A model generated the notes under the pieces. It was not told the DNA's origin and did not search any database. It worked only from the letters and a program-made list of their open reading frames with translations. The position numbers were made by a program, and so were the translations under genes. From Pseudomonadales bacterium (lineage in GTDB: Bacteria > Pseudomonadota > Gammaproteobacteria > Pseudomonadales > Azotimanducaceae): 64,000 nt of DNA. Shown piece after piece: positions 19,341-29,048 of the stretch (positions are counted from its first letter, which is position 1; every line of letters begins with the position of its first letter). Location of the stretch: assembly GCA_019090385.1 (NCBI GenBank), contig JAHRWB010000001.1, positions 10,484 through 74,483 on the forward strand, read 5' to 3'.

Positions 19341-19718
19341 ATGCTAGGGTTTTCCTTTCGCTTCCGAGGCAAAACCAAGCGCCTGCTGGCTTTGTATCAC
19401 TGTTTTCTCGAGCACCCTGGAGTAGGATTACATCCCATACAGCTGGCCAAATACACAGGTCTGAGTTTTGCCGAGGTTGCATCGCGATTGAATACTACCC
19501 AGGAACTATTTGTTCGTTTGCCAAAACGTAAAGACGGCATTACCCGCTACCGGCTAACCAGTTCCATCTCCGCTCAATCATCAGAAACAGTGGAAAAACT
19601 CATTCATGTGGCAGCAAAAAAAGAGACTACAACCCTCTATACGCTTTCTCTTATGATTTTTTGTGTTTTTGTCATGGGTATCATTATGGTTTTTCCCTAT
19701 GACAGTATCGCACCCTAG
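19341..19718 (+). CDS. Hypothetical small protein: possible winged-helix N-terminus plus a C-terminal TM anchor
   Basis: 125 aa. IQLAKYTGLSFAEVASRL looks like an HTH, and the C-terminal LYTLSLMIFCVFVMGIIMVF is hydrophobic. No family was recognised. Confidence 0.35.
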   Translation: MLGFSFRFRGKTKRLLALYHCFLEHPGVGLHPIQLAKYTGLSFAEVASRLNTTQELFVRLPKRKDGITRYRLTSSISAQSSETVEKLIHVAAKKETTTLYTLSLMIFCVFVMGIIMVFPYDSIAP

Positions 19719-19735
19719 AAAAGGAATTAATCTCC

Positions 19736-20860
19736 ATGCCTGAACAGCTGACAGACAAACAGTCAGAATACCTGCGCATAACCACAGACTTCATAGAAAA
19801 TACTTTATTGCCCCTGCGCTCGGGTGCCGGCAGCTTTGAAAAGTCTGCCGCTATTCATAAACAAATTGTCAAGGCCTCCCAAAAAGCCGGTCTGTATTAC
19901 CTCACGCAGCCGAAAAAATTTGGTGGCAGCGAAGCCAGCAATCAAGTACTCACTGTCGTGCGTGAAACCCTGGCAGCAGCCAATACCCCTTATAGCGGCT
20001 CTATCTTCGGCCCTGGTCCCGGCGTGCTGGCTGATTGCAATGAATATATTGAGTCCAGCTACCTCAAACCCCTACTCAATGGCGACAAACGAGGCGCATT
20101 TGGTTTTACCGAACCCAAGGATGCAGCGCAACACACCCAAGCAAAAATAGTCGACGATGGGTTTATCGTGAATGGACAAAAATCCTATATTACCGGCGGT
20201 TCAGAAGCCGACTTTATCAATACTTACGTTGACGTTCTACCAGGTGGTAAATCAATGTTGCTTATTGATACCCACCTGCCAGGTGTTGTTAAGGGAGAGG
20301 TATTTCAGTCCCTGGACGGTAGCCATCATGCAGAATTTACCTTCGATAATGTGCAGGTACCCGCTCAAAATCTTTTGGGTAGCATAGGCAAAGGCTTACC
20401 TAGGGCTCTGCGCCAAATAGGTAATACACGGCTGGCATTTTCTGCAGAATCGGTAGGACTTATGTGCTGGATTACGGATTACGTCGAACAGCATCTGAAA
20501 ACCCCGCATCCTTCTGGCCAGTCTCTGGGAGATAGAGAAGGTGTCAGATTGAGATTTGCTGATATGCGCATTCAGACCTACGTCGCCCGGAGCATGCTTT
20601 ACCGCACCGCAAGACTTGCAGATGGTAAAGAAAACGTTATGAATGAGGTAATAGCCGCCAAGGTTTTCTCAACAGAAACACTCGCCACGGTGCTTGATAT
20701 TGCCATCCAGCTCGTTGGCGGCAAAGCATTGGTAGAACAGCATCCCCTGGCAATACTGTACAGAAAAATCCGGGCGTTACGAATTGCAGAAGGTGCTAGC
20801 GATGTATTACGGCTGAGCCTGTCAAAGGGAGCACTTGATTTAAATATGGGGCGCTTATAA
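19736..20860 (+). CDS. Acyl-CoA dehydrogenase family protein
   Basis: 374 aa with ACAD-like blocks GAFGFTEP, NGQKSYITGG and IAEGASDVLRLSL. Confidence 0.8.
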   Translation: MPEQLTDKQSEYLRITTDFIENTLLPLRSGAGSFEKSAAIHKQIVKASQKAGLYYLTQPKKFGGSEASNQVLTVVRETLAAANTPYSGSIFGPGPGVLADCNEYIESSYLKPLLNGDKRGAFGFTEPKDAAQHTQAKIVDDGFIVNGQKSYITGGSEADFINTYVDVLPGGKSMLLIDTHLPGVVKGEVFQSLDGSHHAEFTFDNVQVPAQNLLGSIGKGLPRALRQIGNTRLAFSAESVGLMCWITDYVEQHLKTPHPSGQSLGDREGVRLRFADMRIQTYVARSMLYRTARLADGKENVMNEVIAAKVFSTETLATVLDIAIQLVGGKALVEQHPLAILYRKIRALRIAEGASDVLRLSLSKGALDLNMGRL

Positions 20861-20912
20861 TCAGCAATCCAGATAACTTTTCGCTAACTAAGCCCTCACC
20901 TAAGCAGTCTTG

Positions 20913-21479
20913 CTAACCGCCAAACACTTCGCGGTTATCCTGCTTCGATTTTGCACTCTTTTTTAGCATGGCATATACCGCACCCGTACCGCCATCACGC
21001 GGCTGTGCACTGTGATACGCTAACACCTGGGGCAATTGAATCAGCCACTGAGCCAGAAAACTTTTAAGTCTGGCCGGTGTTTTACTCTTTTCACCCCGAC
21101 CATGTGCAATCAGTACCAAACGCTGATTTTTGCGACTTGCCAAAATAATAAATTTATCCAAGGACTCACTGGCCTCCTTGACGGTATATCCGTGCAAATC
21201 CAGCATACCCTCTACCGGGTAAGCCCCTCTCTTTAACTTATCAAAAACAGCATTTTGGATACCATTCTGCTTCCAACTCAGAATATCTCGGGGAGCAAGT
21301 TGGGGAACTTCTTCCAGTGTCAGCAGATTTTTTTTCTTAACAGGGTGATGCTCTGCATTTTTACGCGCAAAGTCCAAATCCACTTGCTTTCGCTTTTCAG
21401 GCTGCTTCTCCCTGGCTTTTGAGGATTGCGGCACAACCCCCTCCATGGCCTGTTGGAACAGCTTGTCATCTTCAGACAT
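20913..21479 (-). CDS. Smr-domain protein (SmrA/YdaL-like endonuclease)
   Basis: 188 aa with a C-terminal Smr domain LDLHGYTVKEA...LVLIAHGRG and a basic N-terminal region. Confidence 0.8.
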   Translation of the reverse strand: MSEDDKLFQQAMEGVVPQSSKAREKQPEKRKQVDLDFARKNAEHHPVKKKNLLTLEEVPQLAPRDILSWKQNGIQNAVFDKLKRGAYPVEGMLDLHGYTVKEASESLDKFIILASRKNQRLVLIAHGRGEKSKTPARLKSFLAQWLIQLPQVLAYHSAQPRDGGTGAVYAMLKKSAKSKQDNREVFGG

Positions 21480-21494
21480 AAACTACCTGAGAAA

Positions 21495-22271
21495 TCATAC
21501 GGCAATGGAGGGCAGCATAGACGATCGCGTGCCCGGGATAGGATGATTGTCTACCCCATGGTAGGTCATAACCAAGGAGATTTTGATTTCATCAGTACTG
21601 TTCCGCCCTGCGGCATGAAAAAGACGAGAATGAAAAAATATTACATCACCCATGGATAATTCCAGACATTCTTCCCGGGCAAGCAAGCGCTGATTTTCGG
21701 CCAAATCTGTTCTTAGGAACAAATCAGCATCCAAACGCCCCCTGTCCAACTCCAAAAGATGAGAACCGGGCAATAATTTAAGCACGCCATTTGCCTTATT
21801 TTCAGGACCCAGAGCCACCCAAACAGAAATCAGTTCAGGTTTATCAAAGGACCAATAACGAATGTCCTGATGCCAATCAGTGCTACTACTGAAACCAGGG
21901 CATTTGGTCATTACACAATTATGATGGCACTGCGAAAGTAAAATATCCTGCTGCATAAAACCCTGCAAACGATTTTTTATTCCCGCATTACTTGCAATGT
22001 TTCGAAATACCCTGTGTCGAGAGTAAGCGTTTAATAATCTTCTTGGAGTTTTGCCACCCTTTTCAGATCGACCAGACGGTGCTCCTGGATAGCCCACATC
22101 AGCTTCGAATTCGACCGGTCCCTGCAAAGGTGACAACGCCTTCATTGCCACTTCTCGTGCTGCTTCACACACAGCACTATCAATCAAATTTCTTACAACA
22201 ACAAAGCCCTGTTTTTGGAATGACTGATTTTCCCAATCGAAAGATTGACTGGATTGTTTTGCTTCAGGCAT
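21495..22271 (-). CDS. Phytanoyl-CoA dioxygenase (PhyH) family Fe(II)/2-oxoglutarate oxygenase
   Basis: 258 aa with the HxD motif in WHQDIRYW, a distal His in FFHSRLFHAAGRN and an N-terminal GFVVVRNLI. Confidence 0.75.
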   Translation of the reverse strand: MPEAKQSSQSFDWENQSFQKQGFVVVRNLIDSAVCEAAREVAMKALSPLQGPVEFEADVGYPGAPSGRSEKGGKTPRRLLNAYSRHRVFRNIASNAGIKNRLQGFMQQDILLSQCHHNCVMTKCPGFSSSTDWHQDIRYWSFDKPELISVWVALGPENKANGVLKLLPGSHLLELDRGRLDADLFLRTDLAENQRLLAREECLELSMGDVIFFHSRLFHAAGRNSTDEIKISLVMTYHGVDNHPIPGTRSSMLPSIAV

Positions 22272-22357
22272 CTGTACATTCTCTAACTGTATTTTCTAAA
22301 ACCAAGGTTTCTGCTCGCAATACACACAAGCCCAAAAGATACCACCCTGGCGACTCA

Positions 22358-23791
22358 TCAAGCACCTATCTGGCCTTTTAATGAACGCTTGAGTTTTTCT
22401 CCAAATGGCGGCCGGAAACCTGCCAGCTCGGCAACGTTAATTTTGCTCTGTGTGTATACCGATTTTGCATGGCTAAAGGTCTTAAACCCGTCAAAACCGT
22501 GATAAGCTCCCATACCCGAAGGGCCCACTCCGCCAAAGGGCAGCTCCTCCTGGGATACATGCATAATTACGTCGTTTATCGTCACGCCACCAGACGTAGT
22601 ATGCTCCAGAACACCTCGCTCCTCAGTCTTATCGTCACCGAAATAGTAAAGACCCAGAGGGCGGGCATGAGCATTGACGTAGTCATGGCTTTCGCGAATA
22701 TTTTTATAGGTCTTAACGGGCAATATCGGTCCAAATATCTCATCCTGCATCACTTGCATATTGTCGTCTGGATTTATAATAAGCGTAGGCGCAATTTTAA
22801 AAGCGGGTTGTTGTGTGAAATCCTCATTTGCTGGATTAACGCTATGCACGGTTGCACCTTTCGCTTCGGCATCTTCCAGATAAGACATCAAGCGATCATA
22901 ATGCCGCCGATTTACAACCGAAGTGTAGTCATCATTATCAAGTAACGTCGGAAACATTTTGGCGACCGAGCGCTCGCTGGATGCAACAAACTCATCCAGT
23001 AAATCCTCATGGACCATAGCGTAATCAGGTGCCAAGCATATTTGACCGGCATTTAGCAGCTTGCCGGCCATTATAGAATCTGCAGACTTTTGCACATCTG
23101 CTGAGCAGCCCAGAATGACAGGCGATTTACCACCAAGCTCAAGCGTTAGTGGAACCAGATTTTCCGCAGCGGCTCGCATAACGTGTTTTGCAACCGATGT
23201 CGCACCTGTGAACATCAAGTGATCGAATGGCAAACTGGAGAAACTACTGCCCACTTCGGAACCACCTGTCACTACTGCAATTTCAAGCTCATCAAAATAC
23301 TGTGCAAATAGTGATTGCATCAATTCTGATGTGGCCGGGGTAAATTCAGAGGGTTTAATCATGCAACGATTTCCCGCAGACAAAATGCCAGCAAGGGGTG
23401 CAAAAGTAAGATTCACTGGAAAATTCCAGGGGCTAATCATACCCACGACACCAAGCGGCTGGTATTCAATCCTGGCCTTGGCACCCAGTAAATTAAGCGG
23501 AAACTGCACACTGCGTTTTTCGCGTTTCATCCAGCGCCGGGTATTTTTCTTTGCATAATTCAGTGAACCTACCGAGCCCGCAATATCTGTAAACATTGAC
23601 TGGTCAATGGAGCGATGCCCAAAATCATCCCGCATGGCTTCGCATAGTGGCTGTTTATGCTCCAGAAGAATCTGAACAGCCCGGTCTAACCTGTCTATGC
23701 GTGTTTCTGCTGAAACAGAACCCTCATTGAGATAGGCTTGTGACTGTCGTACTAGAAGCTCTTGCATACTTGTTTTTGTCGTATCGCTCAT
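22358..23791 (-). CDS. NAD(P)-dependent aldehyde dehydrogenase (coniferyl/fatty aldehyde dehydrogenase-like)
   Basis: ALDH motifs are present: ISPWNFP, the catalytic Glu in LELGGKSP and the catalytic Cys in AGQICLAPDY. I chose the ATG at 23791 (MSDTTK), which is preceded by AGGAGACC. Confidence 0.9.
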   Translation of the reverse strand: MSDTTKTSMQELLVRQSQAYLNEGSVSAETRIDRLDRAVQILLEHKQPLCEAMRDDFGHRSIDQSMFTDIAGSVGSLNYAKKNTRRWMKREKRSVQFPLNLLGAKARIEYQPLGVVGMISPWNFPVNLTFAPLAGILSAGNRCMIKPSEFTPATSELMQSLFAQYFDELEIAVVTGGSEVGSSFSSLPFDHLMFTGATSVAKHVMRAAAENLVPLTLELGGKSPVILGCSADVQKSADSIMAGKLLNAGQICLAPDYAMVHEDLLDEFVASSERSVAKMFPTLLDNDDYTSVVNRRHYDRLMSYLEDAEAKGATVHSVNPANEDFTQQPAFKIAPTLIINPDDNMQVMQDEIFGPILPVKTYKNIRESHDYVNAHARPLGLYYFGDDKTEERGVLEHTTSGGVTINDVIMHVSQEELPFGGVGPSGMGAYHGFDGFKTFSHAKSVYTQSKINVAELAGFRPPFGEKLKRSLKGQIGA

Positions 23792-23881
23792 TGGTCTCCT
23801 CGCTATGGCTACCCAATCTCTTTTCTGCTCCGGATTTTCCCTGGCCAATACCATGCTAAAACCGGCACAAAACTGATTGTT

Positions 23882-24148
23882 TTACTGTGTTAATAACACC
23901 TTGTCTTCCAATATCGTACTGCCATTGGCCGTCAGTTTAAGGTTGCCGGTCTCGGCCTGATAGTAAACTTCAAGATAGCGATGTTGCTCCCAGTCCAACT
24001 CTACGTTGGTCCACAAGTAGATTTGATCGGCAAACGAACGCTGTTTTCGCAAGCAGCCTTCTACCCACAGGGACAATCCATCACTGAGTGATAAACGCAG
24101 GACAATATCCTTACCCTGAAAATTAATACTTCGTTCTTCAATGCTCAT
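23882..24148 (-). CDS. Hypothetical small protein
   Basis: An 88-92 aa ORF with either the ATG at 24148 or the GTG at 24160 as start. No recognisable motif. It is divergent from the ATP-grasp module. Confidence 0.3.
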   Translation of the reverse strand: MSIEERSINFQGKDIVLRLSLSDGLSLWVEGCLRKQRSFADQIYLWTNVELDWEQHRYLEVYYQAETGNLKLTANGSTILEDKVLLTQ

Positions 24149-24485
24149 TTGTACCACCACTAAATTTTGCTAGCACCCTCATATAAGCTTAAACACACTC
24201 AAACTGGGCCGCTCGCTCTGCACCACCTAAAAGACCACATAAAATGTTACACAAATCATCACAGAAATATATCATTTCACGGCGCGTCTAGTATATCGAC
24301 CTCCATATGCCTAGATTATCAATTTTTCCTTATTTGCCCCATGTTAATAAACTCCTTGTCTACCAATAAGTTACCACCAAGCCACTGCCAACCTGGCTAT
24401 GAGCAAAACGTGGCCAAAACACATAGGTAGGATTGCCATGCGATTCGGCCGCGCTTTGTGTAGAATTCGCCGTTCGCTTTAGGAC

Positions 24486-25310
24486 ATGGGACTGGATTTG
24501 AACGACTCAAAAACAAAAAACAAGGGTTTTTTCACTGGCTTCGTTATTGCCTGCCTGGTGTTTTTCCTGTCTGGCTGCACTGCCGTGCAAATGGAACGCT
24601 CAACAACCCGTGATGCCTTGCAGGCTTTAACCGAGGAAGTAAGTCAGCTAACCCAAACCAATGGCCATACCCAGGAACAGGTTGTTAAGTTGACGGCGGA
24701 ACAATCTGCTGTATCGGGACAATTAAAAACACAAACTTCACAGGTATTGGAACTTCAAAAATCGGTTGCTGAACTACCCCGATCACTCACCGCCCTATGC
24801 CCTAACCCCACCATTGCAACTGCAACCTGTGATAGTGCTGGCTTACGCCGGGTAATCATCAGCGGAGACAAGATGGTGGTAGGTGAACTGGAGCGCGTTT
24901 GGTTGGACCCGCCCGGGCTAAGCCTGACTGCCAGAGTTGATACCGGGGCATTCAGTAATTCGTTAAATGCCGAAGGACTTATCGAATTCGAGCGAGACGG
25001 CGACGACTGGGTCCGATTTTACGTATCTGGCCCAGAGGAAGAATCAAGGGTCCAGATAGAACGGCGAGTTCTCAGGTGGGTAAGAGTATTCCAACAGGCA
25101 GACAGAGAGGGCTCCAGACGCCCGATGGTGAAAATGCGCCTACTGCTGGGCGATGTTGAGGAAAGTTTTGAATTTACCCTGGCCGATAGATCTCACCTGG
25201 AATACCAGATTTTACTGGGACGTAATTTTCTTACCGATATCGCTCTGGTTGACGTGGGTCGACAATTCGTCCAGCCTCCTTATGTGCCTCCAAAAAAGAT
25301 CAAACCATAA
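24486..25310 (+). CDS. Lipoprotein with a coiled-coil linker and a retropepsin-like ('ATP-dependent zinc protease'/RimB-like, DUF785-type) domain
   Basis: The lipobox is FFLSGC, with the Cys at residue 31. A Q/T-rich coiled region follows. The C-terminal domain contains the aspartyl-protease-like signature ARVDTGAFSNSL (DTGA encoded at 24939-24950) and the tail LLGRNFL. Confidence 0.7.
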   Translation: MGLDLNDSKTKNKGFFTGFVIACLVFFLSGCTAVQMERSTTRDALQALTEEVSQLTQTNGHTQEQVVKLTAEQSAVSGQLKTQTSQVLELQKSVAELPRSLTALCPNPTIATATCDSAGLRRVIISGDKMVVGELERVWLDPPGLSLTARVDTGAFSNSLNAEGLIEFERDGDDWVRFYVSGPEEESRVQIERRVLRWVRVFQQADREGSRRPMVKMRLLLGDVEESFEFTLADRSHLEYQILLGRNFLTDIALVDVGRQFVQPPYVPPKKIKP

Positions 25311-25316
25311 AGCCTT

Positions 25317-26831
25317 ATGAATCGCCCCGGCCCACTTCTGCTCTTCGTCACCATACTTCTCATCCTGGGAATTGTCAGCGCACAATTTCGGCACAACACC
25401 TACCAAGTGCCATTTTTACCTGGCGAGCAGCAAACTGTGTGGCAAATTGAAGCCAAGCTTAAATTTTTTGCTGAAGACGGTCCCGTCCAGGCTATCCTGA
25501 CACTACCGCCTGAACAAAGTAATTTTCGCTTCCTTTCAGAAAATACTGCATCATCAGGATATGGCATTAAAATTGATGACATAAGCAGCAACGACAAAAC
25601 ACAGCAGCGGCTAGCGCGTTGGTCAAAACGCACAGCCAGCGGCGCGCAAACCTTGTATTACAAACTGGAAATATCCACCGACGCAGAGCGGCGTGTGGAG
25701 GCTATACCACCCGAAATACCCGGTAAGCCAGTTTGGGATGAGCCCTACCTGACGGCCGCGGCTGATTTGCTGGCCATTGCGTACCCAAAATCTGCAGATT
25801 CACTAACGCTGGCAGAAACACTCACACAATTACTCCACAATAAACCACTGGATCAAAACGCAGCGCTCTTGCTCTCAAAATACTCAGCCCCTGAGTTGCT
25901 GGCCAGACTACTTGCGAATGCACAAGTTGCCGCACGCCACGTAAAGGCGCTGGCGTTGGAAGACGGACGGCGACGACAGTCTTTGACAGACATGTTAGAA
26001 GTCTGGCAAGACGATACTTGGCACCTGCTAGATCCGATTTCCGGCCCAACGGCCAAATCTGAACAATTGTTATTGTGGCAAACAGACTCTCCCTTTTTAC
26101 TTGAGGTCAGCGGTGGTAGCCGTAGTCGCGTTTCCTTTTCGGTTATCAGCCAAACCCGTCCTGCGCTGGAGCTTTCCGCCCAGGAGGTAAATCCTGAAAC
26201 CGCACCGGTATTTTCACTCTACAGCCTGCCAATAGAAGAGCAGAGCATGTTTAAGCTGATCATGTTACTGCCTGTTGGTGCCTTAGTGGTGGTGTTTATG
26301 CGCACCATGATTGGCATCAAAACTTCAGGCACCTTTATGCCAGTACTGATTGCGATGTCTTTTTTGCAAACTAAATTAGTACCTGGGCTAATCAGTTTTC
26401 TGTTGGTTATTTCTGTCGGTCTGATGATCAGAACCTATTTATCACTGCTCAATCTCCTGCTGGTTGCACGCATCGCCGCCCTGGTCATTGTGGTCATCGG
26501 CATCATTTCTCTGGTAAGCGTGGTGAGTTACCGACTGGGATTGATTGGTGGTCTGACCATCACTTTTTTCCCCATGATCATCCTGGCCTGGACGATAGAG
26601 CGCATGGCAATTATCTGGGAAGAAGAGGGGCCAAGAGAAGTTTTTATTCAAGGCGGGGGGAGCTTATTCGTTGCGACCCTGGCTTACCTGCTAATGGATC
26701 AAGCGCTCACACGCCATCTGGCATTTAATTTTCCAGAAATACATTTGTGCATATTGGCACTGATTGTACTGATAGGTCGCTACACGGGTTACCGCCTGTC
26801 CGAGTTATACCGCTTTGCAGACATGAAATGA
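25317..26831 (+). CDS. Membrane protein: N-terminal anchor, periplasmic transglutaminase-like (probably inactive) domain and a C-terminal 7-TM bundle
   Basis: 504 aa. An N-terminal TM segment is followed by a ~280-aa soluble region and then seven hydrophobic helices from MFKLIMLLPVGALVVVF. The block GIKTSGTFMPVLIAMSF is characteristic of the 7TM domain usually fused to inactive transglutaminases. Confidence 0.65.
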   Translation: MNRPGPLLLFVTILLILGIVSAQFRHNTYQVPFLPGEQQTVWQIEAKLKFFAEDGPVQAILTLPPEQSNFRFLSENTASSGYGIKIDDISSNDKTQQRLARWSKRTASGAQTLYYKLEISTDAERRVEAIPPEIPGKPVWDEPYLTAAADLLAIAYPKSADSLTLAETLTQLLHNKPLDQNAALLLSKYSAPELLARLLANAQVAARHVKALALEDGRRRQSLTDMLEVWQDDTWHLLDPISGPTAKSEQLLLWQTDSPFLLEVSGGSRSRVSFSVISQTRPALELSAQEVNPETAPVFSLYSLPIEEQSMFKLIMLLPVGALVVVFMRTMIGIKTSGTFMPVLIAMSFLQTKLVPGLISFLLVISVGLMIRTYLSLLNLLLVARIAALVIVVIGIISLVSVVSYRLGLIGGLTITFFPMIILAWTIERMAIIWEEEGPREVFIQGGGSLFVATLAYLLMDQALTRHLAFNFPEIHLCILALIVLIGRYTGYRLSELYRFADMK

Positions 26832-27814
26832 AATTGCCTCAATGTGCAAATCCCATCAGCCTTAACAAACAAGGCATATTGGGCATGAACCGGAGAAATA
26901 TAGACTACATCAGCTGCTACAATGATCGTCAGCATTTTCCAAATGTAGATGACAAGCTAAAAACCAAGCGAATCGCCCAGCAGGCTGGAGTCAGTGTACC
27001 TGAGCTGATCATGGTTATTCATACCCAGCGCGAGGCTGATTCCATTGCCGAGCAATTAACAGGCATCAATCAATTTGTATTCAAACCGGCTCAGGGCTCT
27101 GGCGGCAAGGGCATATTGATTATCCTCTCCCGAGAAGAGGGTCTTTTTGTAAAAAGTAATGGTGAAAAGCTAAGCATTCACGACCTGGTTCGCCATCTAT
27201 CCAATATCATCAGTGGACTGTATTCCCTGGGTGGTCGAACCGATGTTGCCATCATGGAAACCCTGGTCAACTTTGACCCGGTTTTCAACGATTTAAGCTA
27301 TGAAGGCGTGCCTGATATTCGACTCATCGTTTTCCGGGGATACCCGGTAATGGGCATGTTGCGACTGGCAACCCGTGCCTCAGACGGAAAAGCAAATCTT
27401 CATCAGGGGGCTATAGGCATCGGCCTGGATATGGCCGTTGGAGAGAGTATTGGTGCAGTTCAATACAATCGCCCGATACAGAAACACCCAGACTCAGGCG
27501 CATCACTTTCAGGCATATCCATTCCACACTGGCGCACATTGCTCCTACTGGCAGCACGCTGCTATGAAGCATCCAAACTTGGGTACCTGGGAGCGGATCT
27601 AGTGTTGGACAAAGCCAGAGGACCACTGTTGCTGGAGCTCAACGCTCGACCCGGATTAACTATCCAGGTTGCAAATAAAAGTGGGCTTTTGCCCCGCCTT
27701 AGAAAAATTGAGCAGATAGAAATCCCTGCCAGCGACCCTCAACAGAGAGTCGACTATGCAATCCAGCAGTTTTCAAAACGAGGCAAATCCGCGGACTTAT
27801 TTGCCCAGGACTAG
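26828..27814 (+). CDS. Alpha-L-glutamate ligase-like ATP-grasp enzyme (RimK-related)
   Basis: The ATG at 26828 overlaps the upstream stop as ATGA. The N-terminus LNKQGILGMNRRNIDYISCYNDRQHFPNVDDKLKTKRIAQQAGV is typical of the RimK-related glutamate-ligase-like family. ATP-grasp motifs are FVFKPAQGSGGKGI and GADLVLD...LLLELNARPGL. Confidence 0.8.
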   Translation: MKLPQCANPISLNKQGILGMNRRNIDYISCYNDRQHFPNVDDKLKTKRIAQQAGVSVPELIMVIHTQREADSIAEQLTGINQFVFKPAQGSGGKGILIILSREEGLFVKSNGEKLSIHDLVRHLSNIISGLYSLGGRTDVAIMETLVNFDPVFNDLSYEGVPDIRLIVFRGYPVMGMLRLATRASDGKANLHQGAIGIGLDMAVGESIGAVQYNRPIQKHPDSGASLSGISIPHWRTLLLLAARCYEASKLGYLGADLVLDKARGPLLLELNARPGLTIQVANKSGLLPRLRKIEQIEIPASDPQQRVDYAIQQFSKRGKSADLFAQD

Positions 27815-28458
27815 TCGTCGCCCATTATTCCCAACAAGCTTAATAGATGGATAAATAAGCTATATAGCGCCACATATAAACCTACTGTTGCACTGATATA
27901 GTTTGTTTCTCCACCGTGCACTATCTGGCTTGTCTGAAACAATATTAAAGCACTGGCAAACAGGACCATTCCGCCAGATATAGCCATGCTAAAGGCAGAC
28001 ATATCTATAAAGAGACTCAGTACCACCAAACCAAGAATAATAACCGCACCTGCTATCAGAAAGCCGCTGAGAAAGGAAAAATCCTTACGTGTAATCAAGG
28101 CATAGGCAGAAAGTGCGACGAACACCGCCGCAGTCAAGCCTAAGGATTGAACTATGAGGGCGCTGGATGAATAGTTTAAAATAGGCCCAAGAGTGAAACC
28201 AAGAAACCCAGTTAAAGCAAACACCCAAAATAGACCCCACACGCTATTCTGGGTTTTGGTAACAGCAAATAACAAGCCTATATATATAATCAACATTCCA
28301 AACCCCATAGGCTGGGTATTCATTTGCATAGATACGTAGGCTGTTACCGTGCTCCATACCAGCGTGAGGGACAGCAATAGATAGGTATTACGCAATACGC
28401 CGGCATACAATGCCGAGCTTGCAGATGTTGAGGGATTCAGTGTTCTTGCATCAACCAT
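27811..28458 (-). CDS. BAX inhibitor-1 / YccA family membrane protein
   Basis: 215 aa with seven hydrophobic segments, an N-terminal LRNTYLLLSLTL and a C-terminal LYVALYSLFIHLLSLLG, both typical of the family. Confidence 0.85.
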   Translation of the reverse strand: MVDARTLNPSTSASSALYAGVLRNTYLLLSLTLVWSTVTAYVSMQMNTQPMGFGMLIIYIGLLFAVTKTQNSVWGLFWVFALTGFLGFTLGPILNYSSSALIVQSLGLTAAVFVALSAYALITRKDFSFLSGFLIAGAVIILGLVVLSLFIDMSAFSMAISGGMVLFASALILFQTSQIVHGGETNYISATVGLYVALYSLFIHLLSLLGIMGDD

Positions 28459-28581
28459 ATTGTAACCTACCTGTGATAATCAATTCGAATTTAGTACTTT
28501 AATAATAGTCTATCAAGCATATATAAGGGTATATGTGCCATATTTCAAGCTAAATTGTAAACCATTTTGTGGATATGGGGC

Positions 28582-28998
28582 CTAACTCTCGAGCGGGTAT
28601 AAGGCTTGTATGTCAGCCCTGTGAAAATACTGAAATACAGCCACGGAGGCTATAGTCGCAATAGCCAGGGTAATAACTACACCAGCGCCCTCAGCAACGC
28701 TCAACATGGCCATATTTATCAATAATAACGCACCAAAAAACCAGGTACTGATAAAAGCATAAATGCGCACGGCAACCCAACCTTTAGGGTGGTGCAGGAT
28801 AGCCAGGAGTACCACACCGGCTGCTATAAACGAGCCCATAGCCCCAACATTTGCAGCTAAGCCAACCCCCTGAGAAGACAGGCCCAATTCCGGCCTCAAT
28901 AAGATAAGCGTTATCAAACTCAGCCAAAAACCGAAGGGTCCACGAGATTTCATCCAATACATAAATTGCATTCCTCTCTTATTCACGCTTGTCGTCAA
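28582..28998 (-). CDS. Hypothetical integral membrane protein
   Basis: Four predicted TM helices and no family motif. The start is uncertain: the track ORF begins at a TTG at 28998, and the ATGs at 28971 or 28962 are alternatives. AGAGGA lies 9 nt upstream of 28962. Confidence 0.45.
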   Translation of the reverse strand: MTTSVNKRGMQFMYWMKSRGPFGFWLSLITLILLRPELGLSSQGVGLAANVGAMGSFIAAGVVLLAILHHPKGWVAVRIYAFISTWFFGALLLINMAMLSVAEGAGVVITLAIATIASVAVFQYFHRADIQALYPLES

Positions 28999-29048
28999 GC
29001 TATCACGCTATCAGCACGAATCCAACTGTAATTTTGTAATAAATACCG

